Both the position numbers and the translations under genes were made by a program. Source: a virus (taxonomy: Duplodnaviria > Heunggongvirae > Uroviricota > Caudoviricetes). From it: a stretch of 64,000 bases of DNA. The stretch lies in IMG/VR virus record IMGVR_UViG_3300046008_000242, positions 121,363 through 185,362 of that record, one strand, 5' to 3'. Positions 11,162 to 20,402 of this stretch are shown piece after piece. Below the pieces are notes generated by a model. It was given only the letters and a program-made list of their open reading frames with translations, was not told the origin of the DNA and made no database searches. Within the stretch, counting starts at the first letter, position 1. Each line of letters starts with the position of its first letter.

Positions 11162-11248
11162 TATGAAAGAAGATGATTTAGTTAAACATTTAATTCTGTT
11201 CACATTATATGCTGGAATTGCGTATAATGTAATTAGATATGTATCTAA

Positions 11249-12052
11249 TTGGATAGGGTTATGATAGATGATTCTAATGAGAAGTTATATCAACAATTGA
11301 AACACTATCCACCGATAGAGGATAAACCATTACACGATTCTCTATCATCAGTGTTGGATTATCTAAATTCATTAAAAATGAAACAATCATACAGATATCT
11401 CGGATTGACAGATGGATTCTGTCTTGACATCTATCCTAATTCTAGATGGTATAGATTCTACTTTGATAGACACAATTACATTAAATATGTCCCAGATATC
11501 TTAAAAATACTTGATACATTTAGTGTCGGATACTCATTAGACGTTTCTAGTAGTTTTAACACTTATGCATTATTTGTAACCAATGGGAATTATAAAGACA
11601 TCGTTTCGTTTGATAGAGTATCAAATACAAAAGATCCATTATATGAAAAATCATTATTTGATTTGTTTAATATAAGATTCGAATCAAATCACGTATTGAC
11701 TTCATATAGTAGGACATCGAATGGATTTACATGTAATTTCTATACAAAGAAACAATGTATGGAGTTCGAAAAGAAATGCGTTGAATTGATACCAGAACAT
11801 ACATTGAATTGGAGAACGACAGTTTGTGATATTTTAGATAAGAAGATATATTGTTGTGATATTATCATGAAAGATGAAATCGAAGATAAACAATATGTTA
11901 CATTGAGTGAGATGTTTGGTTCTATTCCAAAGAAACTAAGAAAGAAAAAAGTTAAATCGACTGGTCTACTAAGTATGTTAGAATCTTATACTCCGTCAGA
12001 GGAACAACGTGAATTGTATATGAAGATGTTGGAGATGGTTAAGAATGAATAA
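11249..12052 (+). CDS. Hypothetical protein
   Basis: 267-aa ORF in the + strand block; ATG start probably 11261. Confidence 0.6.
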   Translation: MDRVMIDDSNEKLYQQLKHYPPIEDKPLHDSLSSVLDYLNSLKMKQSYRYLGLTDGFCLDIYPNSRWYRFYFDRHNYIKYVPDILKILDTFSVGYSLDVSSSFNTYALFVTNGNYKDIVSFDRVSNTKDPLYEKSLFDLFNIRFESNHVLTSYSRTSNGFTCNFYTKKQCMEFEKKCVELIPEHTLNWRTTVCDILDKKIYCCDIIMKDEIEDKQYVTLSEMFGSIPKKLRKKKVKSTGLLSMLESYTPSEEQRELYMKMLEMVKNE

Positions 12053-12120
12053 TGTATCAATTAAATTCTTTTAAAATATCTTCATCTGTATTATAATGTT
12101 ATTTTATTGGAGGATATTAA

Positions 12121-12567
12121 ATGAAAGTGTATTTTGATTTGGACGGGGTTCTGGCTGATTTTGAATCTGGATATAATAAGATGTTTCCTGACGCAGACAT
12201 CTTCAACAAAGATGAATTGGACGAAAATAAAAAAGAATTCTTTAAAAATGGATTCTTCTTATCTTTACCAGTTATTGAAGAAGGAATAGAACTTCTTAAG
12301 AAATACGTTGATGAAGGATATGATGTTGAAATTCTCACTTCAGTTGGTGATAATGACACTGGAGAAAATGCATTACATAAACAACAATGGGTTGATAAAT
12401 ATATACCATACAAGATTAAAATGAATTGGGTTAAGAAGGCGAAAAATAAATCCATGTTCGCCAATAACAATTCTTTATTGATAGACGATAGAGAACAATC
12501 ATTAATCCCATTTAAATCTGCTGGCGGAAATATATTGAAATTCATTAGAACTATTAAACCGACTTAA
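12121..12567 (+). CDS. HAD-family 5'(3')-deoxyribonucleotidase
   Basis: 'YFDLDGVLADF' motif I, 'EILTS', 'LLIDDR'. Confidence 0.85.
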   Translation: MKVYFDLDGVLADFESGYNKMFPDADIFNKDELDENKKEFFKNGFFLSLPVIEEGIELLKKYVDEGYDVEILTSVGDNDTGENALHKQQWVDKYIPYKIKMNWVKKAKNKSMFANNNSLLIDDREQSLIPFKSAGGNILKFIRTIKPT

Positions 12568-12583
12568 CATGGTCGGTTTTCTT
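12555..12583 (+). terminator. Intrinsic terminator
   Basis: AAACCGAC-ttaacatg-GTCGGTTTT hairpin with T-tract. Confidence 0.65.
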
Positions 12584-12596
12584 TTGGATTCAGAAA

Positions 12597-12851
12597 ATGA
12601 TTTTACAGATTAAGATATGGAAAGATAGAATTTATATTTGTGATGTATTTCCATTCGACGTTTATCGTTCTATAATAGAATTCTCATCTAATGATAAACA
12701 TAGAGTTGAGATTATAGACGAATACTTGATGAAACGCAATTATGATTTACGTCGAATAGAGAAATATGAAAATGGTTATCTATTACATGTCGATAAACAA
12801 ATGATGGTAGATACCCAAATTGAAGAATTAACAAGGAACATAAGGTATTGA
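12597..12851 (+). CDS. Hypothetical protein
   Basis: 84-aa ORF in operon. Confidence 0.55.
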   Translation: MILQIKIWKDRIYICDVFPFDVYRSIIEFSSNDKHRVEIIDEYLMKRNYDLRRIEKYENGYLLHVDKQMMVDTQIEELTRNIRY

Positions 12852-12852
12852 T

Positions 12853-13281
12853 ATGAGCAAAGATAAAATTGAAATTAAAAGTGGTAAAGTTGTTGCATCG
12901 GATCCATGTTATACGCTTGATGTACATTGTCTATTTGTAACAGAAATCGATAATGGGATATATCAAGTGTATGCTGAAAAATCAACAAGCGGATACGTTA
13001 ATGAATTGGTGATGATTAAAGTCCAAGACGATTTGGATATTGAAACATTAGAAAAACGTTTATTATTTGATGATATTGGAGTTGATTGCGGTTCATTTGG
13101 TTTCTTCGATTACGATAGATTCTTAGATACAGATTCGAGATGTGTAATATGCGATGATTCTCCATTAGAATCATTCGTTCCAACAGGTGTTGGCGACGGT
13201 ACGTTTGATTTATTTGGTTATTACAATAATGACGTATTAGTTGGATTACGAATTGCTGAACAAGGTGATTTAGATGAATAA
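12853..13281 (+). CDS. Hypothetical protein (DUF4241-like)
   Basis: 'SGKVVASDPCY', 'GVDCGSFGFFD', 'GVGDGTF' motifs. Confidence 0.5.
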   Translation: MSKDKIEIKSGKVVASDPCYTLDVHCLFVTEIDNGIYQVYAEKSTSGYVNELVMIKVQDDLDIETLEKRLLFDDIGVDCGSFGFFDYDRFLDTDSRCVICDDSPLESFVPTGVGDGTFDLFGYYNNDVLVGLRIAEQGDLDE

Positions 13282-14485
13282 TGATATATTGTTACATGCA
13301 TTAAGAGAAAACTTTGGATACACGCAATTCCGTCCAAAACAAAGAGAAATCATTGAACATGTTATCTCTGGTAAGAATGCATTAGCGTTACTCCCCACCG
13401 GTGCTGGCAAAAGTTTATGTTACCAGATACCCTCTATTGTCATGGATGGAGTTGGCATTGTTATTTCCCCTTTGATTTCATTGATGCAAGACCAAGTGGA
13501 TAATCTAAAGAAACGTGGAGTTAGAGCAGAGTTCCTTAATTCATCATTAAAATCAAACGACATAGAACGTATTGAATATGAATTGATGAACAATCAGATT
13601 GACCTATTGTATATCTCACCAGAACGTCTGAATAAACAAGGAACAATCAATTTTCTTAAGACATTAAAGATTTCGTTGTTCACTATCGATGAGGTTCATT
13701 CTATTTCACAGTTTGGTCATTCATTCAGAGAAGATTATATGAAATTACATATCATTCCTGAACAATTTCCTGGAGTTCCAATTTTAGGAATGACGGCAAC
13801 TGCAGATTCAGCCGTTAAATTAGATATCTTACGAACATTGAAGATGGAAAATGATAAAGTGTTCATTACCAGTTTCGATAGACCAAACATCTATTATGAA
13901 GTGAAAGTTAAATCTAAAGGATCTGAATTCAAACAGACATTGGATTTCATTAAACGTAATGATAGACAAAGTAATGGAATTGTATATTGTCTATCAAGAA
14001 AGACCACAGAGGAAATGAACCAATACCTCCAGGATAATGGGGTTAATTCAGTGGCATATCATGCTGGGTTTAAGAATGAAGAACGTAATGACATCCAACG
14101 TAAATTCATTGATTGTCATTATAAAGTAATTGTTGCTACTTTGGCATCTTTCGGGGTCGGAATAGATCATCCATATGTTGATTTTGTTGTTAATGTTGGC
14201 TTACCTAAAACCATTGAAGAATATTATCAGAGTAGTGGTCGTGGTGGTAGATCCTCTCAAAAAGCTAAATCTTTATTGTTATGGTCAAAATCTGACGCTA
14301 CAATGTTACAACGATGGATAAACGAATCGACAGCACATCCTGACCAGAAACGTATTGAGTCTAATAAACTGGATGCCATGATAAATTTTGCTGAACAATA
14401 TTCTTGTCGAAGAGTTGCGTTGTTGAAGTATTTCGACGAACATCCTAATTACAAGAAATGTAACAATTGCGATAATTGTAAATAA
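13274..14485 (+). CDS. recQ: RecQ-family DNA helicase (helicase core + Zn-binding region, no winged-helix/HRDC)
   Basis: 'FGYTQFRPKQ', 'LPTGAGKSLCYQIP', 'IDEVHSISQFGHSFR', 'YYQSSGRGGR', 'CRRVALLKYF...CNNCDNC'. Confidence 0.9.
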   Translation: MNNDILLHALRENFGYTQFRPKQREIIEHVISGKNALALLPTGAGKSLCYQIPSIVMDGVGIVISPLISLMQDQVDNLKKRGVRAEFLNSSLKSNDIERIEYELMNNQIDLLYISPERLNKQGTINFLKTLKISLFTIDEVHSISQFGHSFREDYMKLHIIPEQFPGVPILGMTATADSAVKLDILRTLKMENDKVFITSFDRPNIYYEVKVKSKGSEFKQTLDFIKRNDRQSNGIVYCLSRKTTEEMNQYLQDNGVNSVAYHAGFKNEERNDIQRKFIDCHYKVIVATLASFGVGIDHPYVDFVVNVGLPKTIEEYYQSSGRGGRSSQKAKSLLLWSKSDATMLQRWINESTAHPDQKRIESNKLDAMINFAEQYSCRRVALLKYFDEHPNYKKCNNCDNCK

Positions 14486-14491
14486 AACAAA

Positions 14492-14539
14492 GCCGACTAT
14501 CTTAATAGGATAGTCGGCTTTCGATTGGATGAAATTTAT
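14492..14539 (+). repeat. 48-bp direct repeat copy 1, containing terminator GCCGACTATC-ttaatag-GATAGTCGGC
   Basis: Matches 15531-15578 with one mismatch. Confidence 0.9.
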
Positions 14540-14594
14540 CTTTTATTCTGTGTAAATAATAGTATAATAAATTATAGGGAATAAAGGATATGTT

Positions 14595-14975
14595 GTGTTG
14601 AATGAAATGTCAACGTATAAGGCATCTAAGTTTGGGATAACATCTAATGACGTTAAAATATATTTCTCGATTAAAAATGCAAGTCATGGATGTAGGGTGA
14701 AAGCGTTTGTCGGTTCATTTAATTCTTCGGACGATTTCCAAATTTCTATACCAGATTGTAAAATAATAAGAGACACTAAATCTATACCAAATAATATAAA
14801 ACAAGAAATTATAGAATTCTGTATTAAAAATTCTTTTGAATTAGAACAATATTGGAAATATGGTAAAGATTATTCTTCAGAAGATTTTAATGATATGTTA
14901 ATTAGAATGAAATTGGACAAATCTGAAATTATAAAATCAAAAACAATTAAACTATCCTCGGTGTTAAAATTATGA
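14595..14975 (+). CDS. DUF4160-like small protein
   Basis: 'HGCRVKAF...IKQEIIEFC..N..EL..YW' pattern; ATG start probably 14607. Confidence 0.5.
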   Translation: MLNEMSTYKASKFGITSNDVKIYFSIKNASHGCRVKAFVGSFNSSDDFQISIPDCKIIRDTKSIPNNIKQEIIEFCIKNSFELEQYWKYGKDYSSEDFNDMLIRMKLDKSEIIKSKTIKLSSVLKL

Positions 14976-15463
14976 TGTTACATAACAATATACATTATTG
15001 TGCGAATTTATCAGATATAAAAAAGTTGGTATATTATTGGCAACCGTTAAATTCATTTAGAATATCCGTTAAAGATACATATTTATCAATGGATAATGGA
15101 TGTTTTGATATGCATTCTAAATGGTATGGAATACATCCTCATATTACATTCTTTCCGTCTGATAAACAAATTCATGATAAATGTTTAAAAATTTCCATAG
15201 TGAATTCAAAAATTGTTTATGATGGATTGCCGGAATTATCTATGGATACAAAAAAAGAAATTGTTAAATTTGTCTCATCATTAAAAAATCAATTTATACA
15301 TTTTTGGAATAATGGAGATTGTGATGAATTTTTAGATTACGATTATCTGGAATTATATCGCAATAGGATTATACATTCTTCATCAAAAATGTTGGAATGT
15401 AATATAGAATATAATTTACAACCATTAAAATCTCTATTGTTGAATCATTTGTTCGATGGATGA
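14972..15463 (+). CDS. DUF4160-like protein, distant paralog of the previous gene
   Basis: 'HPHITF...KKEIVKFV...FIHFW' pattern. Confidence 0.45.
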   Translation: MMLHNNIHYCANLSDIKKLVYYWQPLNSFRISVKDTYLSMDNGCFDMHSKWYGIHPHITFFPSDKQIHDKCLKISIVNSKIVYDGLPELSMDTKKEIVKFVSSLKNQFIHFWNNGDCDEFLDYDYLELYRNRIIHSSSKMLECNIEYNLQPLKSLLLNHLFDG

Positions 15464-15530
15464 TTATTTTAATCTTGGTGAGATTATTGACGGATACATT
15501 AGAAATATACAATTATTAAGAAATAAACAA

Positions 15531-15578
15531 GCCGACTATCTTAATAGGATAGTCGGCTTTTGATTGGATGAAATTTAT
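15531..15578 (+). repeat. 48-bp direct repeat copy 2 (terminator)
   Basis: Matches 14492-14539. Confidence 0.9.
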
Positions 15579-15805
15579 AGATATTTTATCCCAGAATATA
15601 CATAATTGTTTTGTTTATTTGTCCAATAATCCATCTTAGTGGAACGTTCCATATACAATCCAATCAACTCTACATCATGTAAAATAAACGTTGCATATAA
15701 TCCAAATATGAGCGATTGACAATATCGATGTAATATCTTAATCATCGAAAGAGTCTTGTGATAATTTTAGACATCGAGTCTGTATTATACAGTTAAAGAT
15801 ACTCC

Positions 15806-15834
15806 TTGACTTTTCGACAAAACATCGTTATAGT
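15806..15834 (+). promoter_or_regulatory. sigma70-type promoter A1
   Basis: TTGACT-N17-TATAGT. Confidence 0.75.
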
Positions 15835-15962
15835 AGACTATGTCGACACTTTGAGTTAGGTTCATTAATTGGTTTTAATATTACTACAACATAACTTAGA
15901 CTCTTATTTTAATCATATATTATCATAAATAATTGTATTATAACAATTAGAGGTAATACTCA

Positions 15963-16091
15963 ATGGAATTTAAGAATCAATACCATGGATTATTCGATAA
16001 CAGAATAGTGTTAGGAACTATCGGAGAAGGATATCTCTACGATTCATCAGATGTAACAGATTATCGATATACCATCACTTGGTTAAGATGA
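15963..16091 (+). CDS. 42-aa cargo ORF inside cassette A1 (MEFKNQYHGLFDNRIVLG...TITWLR)
   Basis: GAGGT RBS upstream; lies between promoter A1 and terminator 16098-16133; below the ORF-track cutoff. Confidence 0.55.
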   Translation: MEFKNQYHGLFDNRIVLGTIGEGYLYDSSDVTDYRYTITWLR

Positions 16092-16097
16092 CATTTC

Positions 16098-16133
16098 AAT
16101 CCTGTAATATGGAAACGTATTATGGGATTTTTA
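16098..16133 (+). terminator. Terminator of cassette A1
   Basis: AATCCTGTAATA/TATTATGGGATT stem + T-tract. Confidence 0.7.
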
Positions 16134-16373
16134 ATGCGTAAAGGTTTCTTATAACATCCATTATTTGCTCGTTAATGGACTCTAGTGGAATCTTTAATAT
16201 ACGGAGCAATCAACTCTATGTCATACAATTTAAACGAGCAGTAGCGGACAAATATGGTTGTTCCTTGTATATCCAATGTATCGAAAGAGTCTTAAGATAT
16301 TTTACTCGATGTGTAATGTATCGAAATGGTCATCTTAATCATCGAGTGTGAATTATACAACGTCTTAAAACTC

Positions 16374-16402
16374 TTGCCTTTTCGATAAAACATCGCTATG
16401 AT
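16374..16402 (+). promoter_or_regulatory. sigma70-type promoter A2
   Basis: TTGCCT-N17-TATGAT. Confidence 0.75.
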
Positions 16403-16408
16403 AGACTA

Positions 16409-16588
16409 TGTCGATCCTTTGAGTTATATCCGTTGTCTGCATTTAATTGTTTTTAATATTACTAAGACGTTTATTATTCATTAACTAATCATATTAAGAC
16501 GCTTATTATACATGAAAATTCCATATAAAATCTTTCGACTCCATTTAGATCCCGTTGAGAACCAAAAGTTCCTTCGGGATTTTTATTG
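16409..16588 (+). ncRNA. Predicted ~175-nt ORF-free transcript of cassette A2
   Basis: Bounded by promoter A2 and terminator ATCCCG...CGGGATTTTTATT (16549-16588). Confidence 0.4.
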
Positions 16589-16847
16589 GAGTCAATTTAC
16601 AGTATTCTGACATAGAACATTCCTTAATTCATCCATATAATGGACGTTAATCCACCTTAATGAAACATTCGGTGGATTACTCAATCAACTCTATGTCATA
16701 CATTTTTAACGAGCAGTAGTGAGCAATTATAGATGTCTACTGTAAATATAACATATCGAACTAACCTTCATGTATTATTTCGATATGTTAATCATCGAAA
16801 GAGTAACCTTAGACATCGAGTGTGTAATATACAACGTCTTAAAGTCC

Positions 16848-16876
16848 TTTCGAAATCCTAAAAAGAGTAGTATGAT
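16848..16876 (+). promoter_or_regulatory. Promoter A3 (TTTCGA -35 variant)
   Basis: TTTCGA-N17-TATGAT followed by the conserved leader. Confidence 0.65.
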
Positions 16877-16882
16877 AGACTA

Positions 16883-17028
16883 TGTCGATCCTTTGAGTTA
16901 TGTTCTTTAGGTGGCATTAATATTACTATATTATATTCTAGTGTAACTTAGACATTCATTTACAACAATATTCCCATATAAAATCCTTCGATCCAGAAAG
17001 AGTCGAGAAACTCAATCTGGATTTTTAT
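16883..17028 (+). ncRNA. Predicted ~145-nt ORF-free transcript of cassette A3
   Basis: Bounded by promoter A3 and terminator ATCCAGA...TCTGGATTTTTATT (16990-17028). Confidence 0.4.
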
Positions 17029-17268
17029 TGTGTATAATTTAACAATATCCAACCAAGAACATTCCTTAATTCATCTGTCATTTGGACGTTAATGGACTCT
17101 AGTGAAACGTTCTGTATATCATCCAATCAACTCTACATCATGTAAAATAAACGTTCCATATTCAACAATTATAGATGTCTACTGTTAATTCAACATATCG
17201 AAACCGTCTTAGAGATATCTTAATCATCGAACCCATATCTTATTGTATATTACAGGAAAAGAAAACTC

Positions 17269-17297
17269 TTGACTTTCTCGAGAAACTCCACTATGAT
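17269..17297 (+). promoter_or_regulatory. sigma70-type promoter A4, reading into the 17394-18730 operon
   Basis: TTGACT-N17-TATGAT. Confidence 0.75.
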
Positions 17298-17393
17298 AGA
17301 CTATGTCGATCCTTTGAGTTATATCCGTTACTGTCATTTAGTTTATTTTAATATACTAAGTGTCTTCCTCGACTTTATTATACATCATTTAAC

Positions 17394-17624
17394 ATGAACC
17401 AAGACACTATAACAAGGAAGATAGAAAACTGTATTAGACGTAAAGTGTTGTTCGAACTATCTTACAATAAAGAGAACACTTATGTCACTATCGATACAGA
17501 TATCCATAAGAATGATTTATCGATATTCGACATAAAAGAATTCGATATCTGGATGAAACAAAAGAACATAATATATGAACCAACAATTTCTGAAACAGAG
17601 TACCTAACCATTATAATAAAATGA
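17394..17624 (+). CDS. Hypothetical protein
   Basis: 76 aa; overlaps the next start (ATGA/TAA). Confidence 0.55.
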   Translation: MNQDTITRKIENCIRRKVLFELSYNKENTYVTIDTDIHKNDLSIFDIKEFDIWMKQKNIIYEPTISETEYLTIIIK

Positions 17625-17812
17625 AAGAAGAACAAGACTTAACATTATTGAAAAACGCAAAATCAATTTTAGAAGATACAATTCGATGTATCGACATGGA
17701 TTCAAATCTAGTTAGTTTTGAATTAAAAACATCTAAACTTAAAATTGTTAGAGCATTAGATTATCTGGATGAACTAGAAGAAAGAATGAGATTAGGAGAA
17801 ACAAATGTTTGA
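17621..17812 (+). CDS. Hypothetical protein
   Basis: 63 aa, coupled in operon. Confidence 0.55.
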   Translation: MKEEQDLTLLKNAKSILEDTIRCIDMDSNLVSFELKTSKLKIVRALDYLDELEERMRLGETNV

Positions 17813-18161
17813 TTTAACAGGAATAAATGATATGAATTCATGTTTTAATGAGAAAACTGGTCAATTTATAGATCCAAATTTCGATAGACATGATGATAGA
17901 CCATGGGATTATGAATTTACAGCAGATAGAGCTAGATTTATCTCTAATCGATATAATGATAAGATTAAACAATTTGTTGGATATTGGTTGTTTCAAATCA
18001 AGAAGAAAGCTGGCGAGGGTAAGCGAAGTTGTTCGTTCAAATACTTTTATAAAGGTGGATATGCTTACCAGAAAGAATCTCTTAACAGATTATTGGAATT
18101 GGGATATCTGGTTCGTTCCGTCAAAGAACCAGATGGTATTAGAATAATTGTAACATGGTGA
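17805..18161 (+). CDS. Hypothetical protein
   Basis: 118 aa, GGAG RBS. Confidence 0.6.
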   Translation: MFDLTGINDMNSCFNEKTGQFIDPNFDRHDDRPWDYEFTADRARFISNRYNDKIKQFVGYWLFQIKKKAGEGKRSCSFKYFYKGGYAYQKESLNRLLELGYLVRSVKEPDGIRIIVTW

Positions 18162-18730
18162 AATATATGAAAGGTTTAAATGTTGTTATCAATTCTAGAT
18201 TACTACAAGAAAGAACATCTGATGAAACTTACGGGGAATGGTATTCCGAATATAAAAATACATTGGCGAAAATTAAATTTACAGAATCTGCTCCTGATGT
18301 TGTTACGTCATTAGATGTTTCTGTAGGAGATAAACTCTATATTGTATGGATAGAATGGTCGTCTGGGGATTCATTTGGGACTTCCATTAGAGGAAATGTT
18401 GAGACATTGGGTGTTTTCAAGGACGAACAATATGCCTTGCGATTTTCGGAATTTGTTAAACAAACTGATGAAATAGAAGAATCGTTAAGATTATCATCTT
18501 CAACAATAAGTGTTCAATATCTTAGAGATAAATTTAAAAAGGAATTCCCTAAATTTGATAATGTTGAAATCAATTTAGTTGATAACAATAAACTATATTC
18601 TTGGGATAACGGATGGAGATTGACGTATAAAACAGAATGTGGTCAATCTATTGAATTTAGATATTTTCCATGGGTTGGTTATTTTGAAACATTAGAAGAT
18701 GTTAATGTCGATTATAAACACATTACATAA
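18155..18730 (+). CDS. Conserved hypothetical myovirus protein
   Basis: 'LYIVWIEWSSGDSFG...FPWVGYFETL' motifs. Confidence 0.6.
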   Translation: MVKYMKGLNVVINSRLLQERTSDETYGEWYSEYKNTLAKIKFTESAPDVVTSLDVSVGDKLYIVWIEWSSGDSFGTSIRGNVETLGVFKDEQYALRFSEFVKQTDEIEESLRLSSSTISVQYLRDKFKKEFPKFDNVEINLVDNNKLYSWDNGWRLTYKTECGQSIEFRYFPWVGYFETLEDVNVDYKHIT

Positions 18731-18731
18731 T

Positions 18732-18760
18732 AAAACTGGATAACGTATTATTATCCAGTT
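18732..18760. terminator. Terminator between convergent blocks
   Basis: AAACTGGATAA-cgtatta-TTATCCAGTTT palindrome. Confidence 0.75.
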
Positions 18761-18770
18761 TAGTGTAATT

Positions 18771-20358
18771 TTATGTGGTTGTTGCGTCCGTTATAATTCC
18801 AAGTGTGGCTAGTGTCGACAACAGTGATGTCAAGGCGGCACCAGATGATTTTGACCCTGTAACAGAGGGTGGTGTGCTTGGAATTAGTGGAATTGTATTT
18901 GTTGAAAGGTTGTTATTTACTCTTGAATAAAATGTCGTTTTTCCCGTTGTTTGATTTACATGACCATTCACGGCGTATCTTGAAATATCTCCACTAAAAC
19001 TAGGGTTTCCGTAACCTATAATGACACCTGATCCTCCTGACCAAGCTGGTGATACAAACAGTCCGACAGCTCCAGACATATCAGTTATCTGCATCCAGCG
19101 ATTTGTCCTAAGATAACCATCAAACCCAAAATTATCTGATTCAAACTTCGATGCCACTGTCTGTCCTTCTAGCTTTCTAACTACAAGTGATGCGGTTTTG
19201 ACCAAATTATTTGATACAACACTAGCTTGTGGATAGTTAGGCATACTGGTAAGCCCGACTATCTTTCCTATCTGCGCACCTAATTGTTCTCTTTCGGTTG
19301 CATTCACATGATTACCATCGTACGCATTATCTCGACTAAGAATATCTTCGTAACTACCTAACACCGAAAACGAATCCAAGAACATATTGTTTCGAGATTC
19401 GGCAATGTTTTTAATTGCTTGCCCTTCTTGGAAAGAAGGAGCATTGACTTTAGATAACCCAGCATCTATAACACCTGCTGTTGGTGCAATAAACAAGTAA
19501 TCTGAACCCGTCCATCCAGCATCGAATCTACTTAAAAGGACATTAAGACCATTACTCGTATCATTTATTAATGTGGCATTACCTTCTCTCATGTGATAAG
19601 TAGTTAAATCTGGAGCAATGTCCTGATAAAACTTTGTTAAAATTGCGGCTGGTGCAGATAGCGCGTTGACTAGACTTAATCCACCTACGGATAGTTGAAC
19701 TAAACAAACACCAGAAACAAGGGTGTTAACATATCCACAAGTCAATACGGGAACTACTCCGCTGACCGCAGTGATTTTAATGCGTCTAGCAACCACAGCA
19801 CCTACCGTAACTGTAGCAATTTGCAAATCTGGTGTAGCGTTACTTAGGTTGAATGTCCCAACTGTCGTCTGCACTACACCAGCATTGTCTACCAATTCAA
19901 CCAGAGCAGTACCTAATCCAACACCTTTCGCCAAGTAAGCCGTGAATTTTGTCCCAGTCATTGCGCTTCCAGAAGCTCCAAATGTGGCTGTTGCATTTGC
20001 TGACAATTCCCTATGACTCCCAATTGCCCAATACGCATAACTACTTACGGTAGTCACCGTTCCCGTTGATGAATCCATGGATATTCCACCTAAAGACGAT
20101 GTTCCGTCGCCGATTTGTGACCCTGCATAACCCACTACTCCAAAAGTATCTTTTAGGTTTCTTGAAATTGTTGTTGAACCAAAACCTGCAACAGAATCGC
20201 CAAATGTAAAGATAGTTGCCTGTGCGATAGTTCCGTTCACTATTTTATAAATCTTTTTATAAAACTTATTTTGGCTGTAAGTTAAATTGTCAACACCCCC
20301 CCCCATTCACGGAGTTGAGAGATTTCAATGATGCGATGTTGATTAAATTTTTATTCAT
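18771..20358 (-). CDS. SGNH-domain tail-fibre-like protein; the MNKNLINIASLKSLNSV start is out of frame at a 9-G run (20296-20304)
   Basis: 'FTFGDSV', 'DGNHVN', C-terminal 'VTGSKSSGAALTSLLSTLATLGIITD'; 5' region nearly identical to that of 6098-7480. Confidence 0.7.
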
Positions 20359-20402
20359 GTTAATTCCTTGTTAAAACGTTTATATAATTTACAATAATTT
20401 GA

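Larger units (their letters stand above)
15600..17390 (+). repeat. Array A: four tandem mosaic non-coding cassettes (~440-550 bp)
   Basis: CAATCAACTCTA at ~15661, 16208, 16682, 17124; TAGACTATGTCGA...TTTGAGTTA at ~15834, 16402, 16876, 17297. Confidence 0.9.

Noticed and set aside
16500-16530. Antisense promoters (TATAAT on the opposite strand) inside cassette transcripts
   Set aside because: No matching -35 at 17 bp and no properly placed extended -10; expected by chance in AT-rich DNA.
15600-17390. CRISPR array interpretation of the repeats
   Set aside because: Units are 440-550 bp mosaics, not ~30-bp repeats with unique constant-length spacers; no cas genes in the window.
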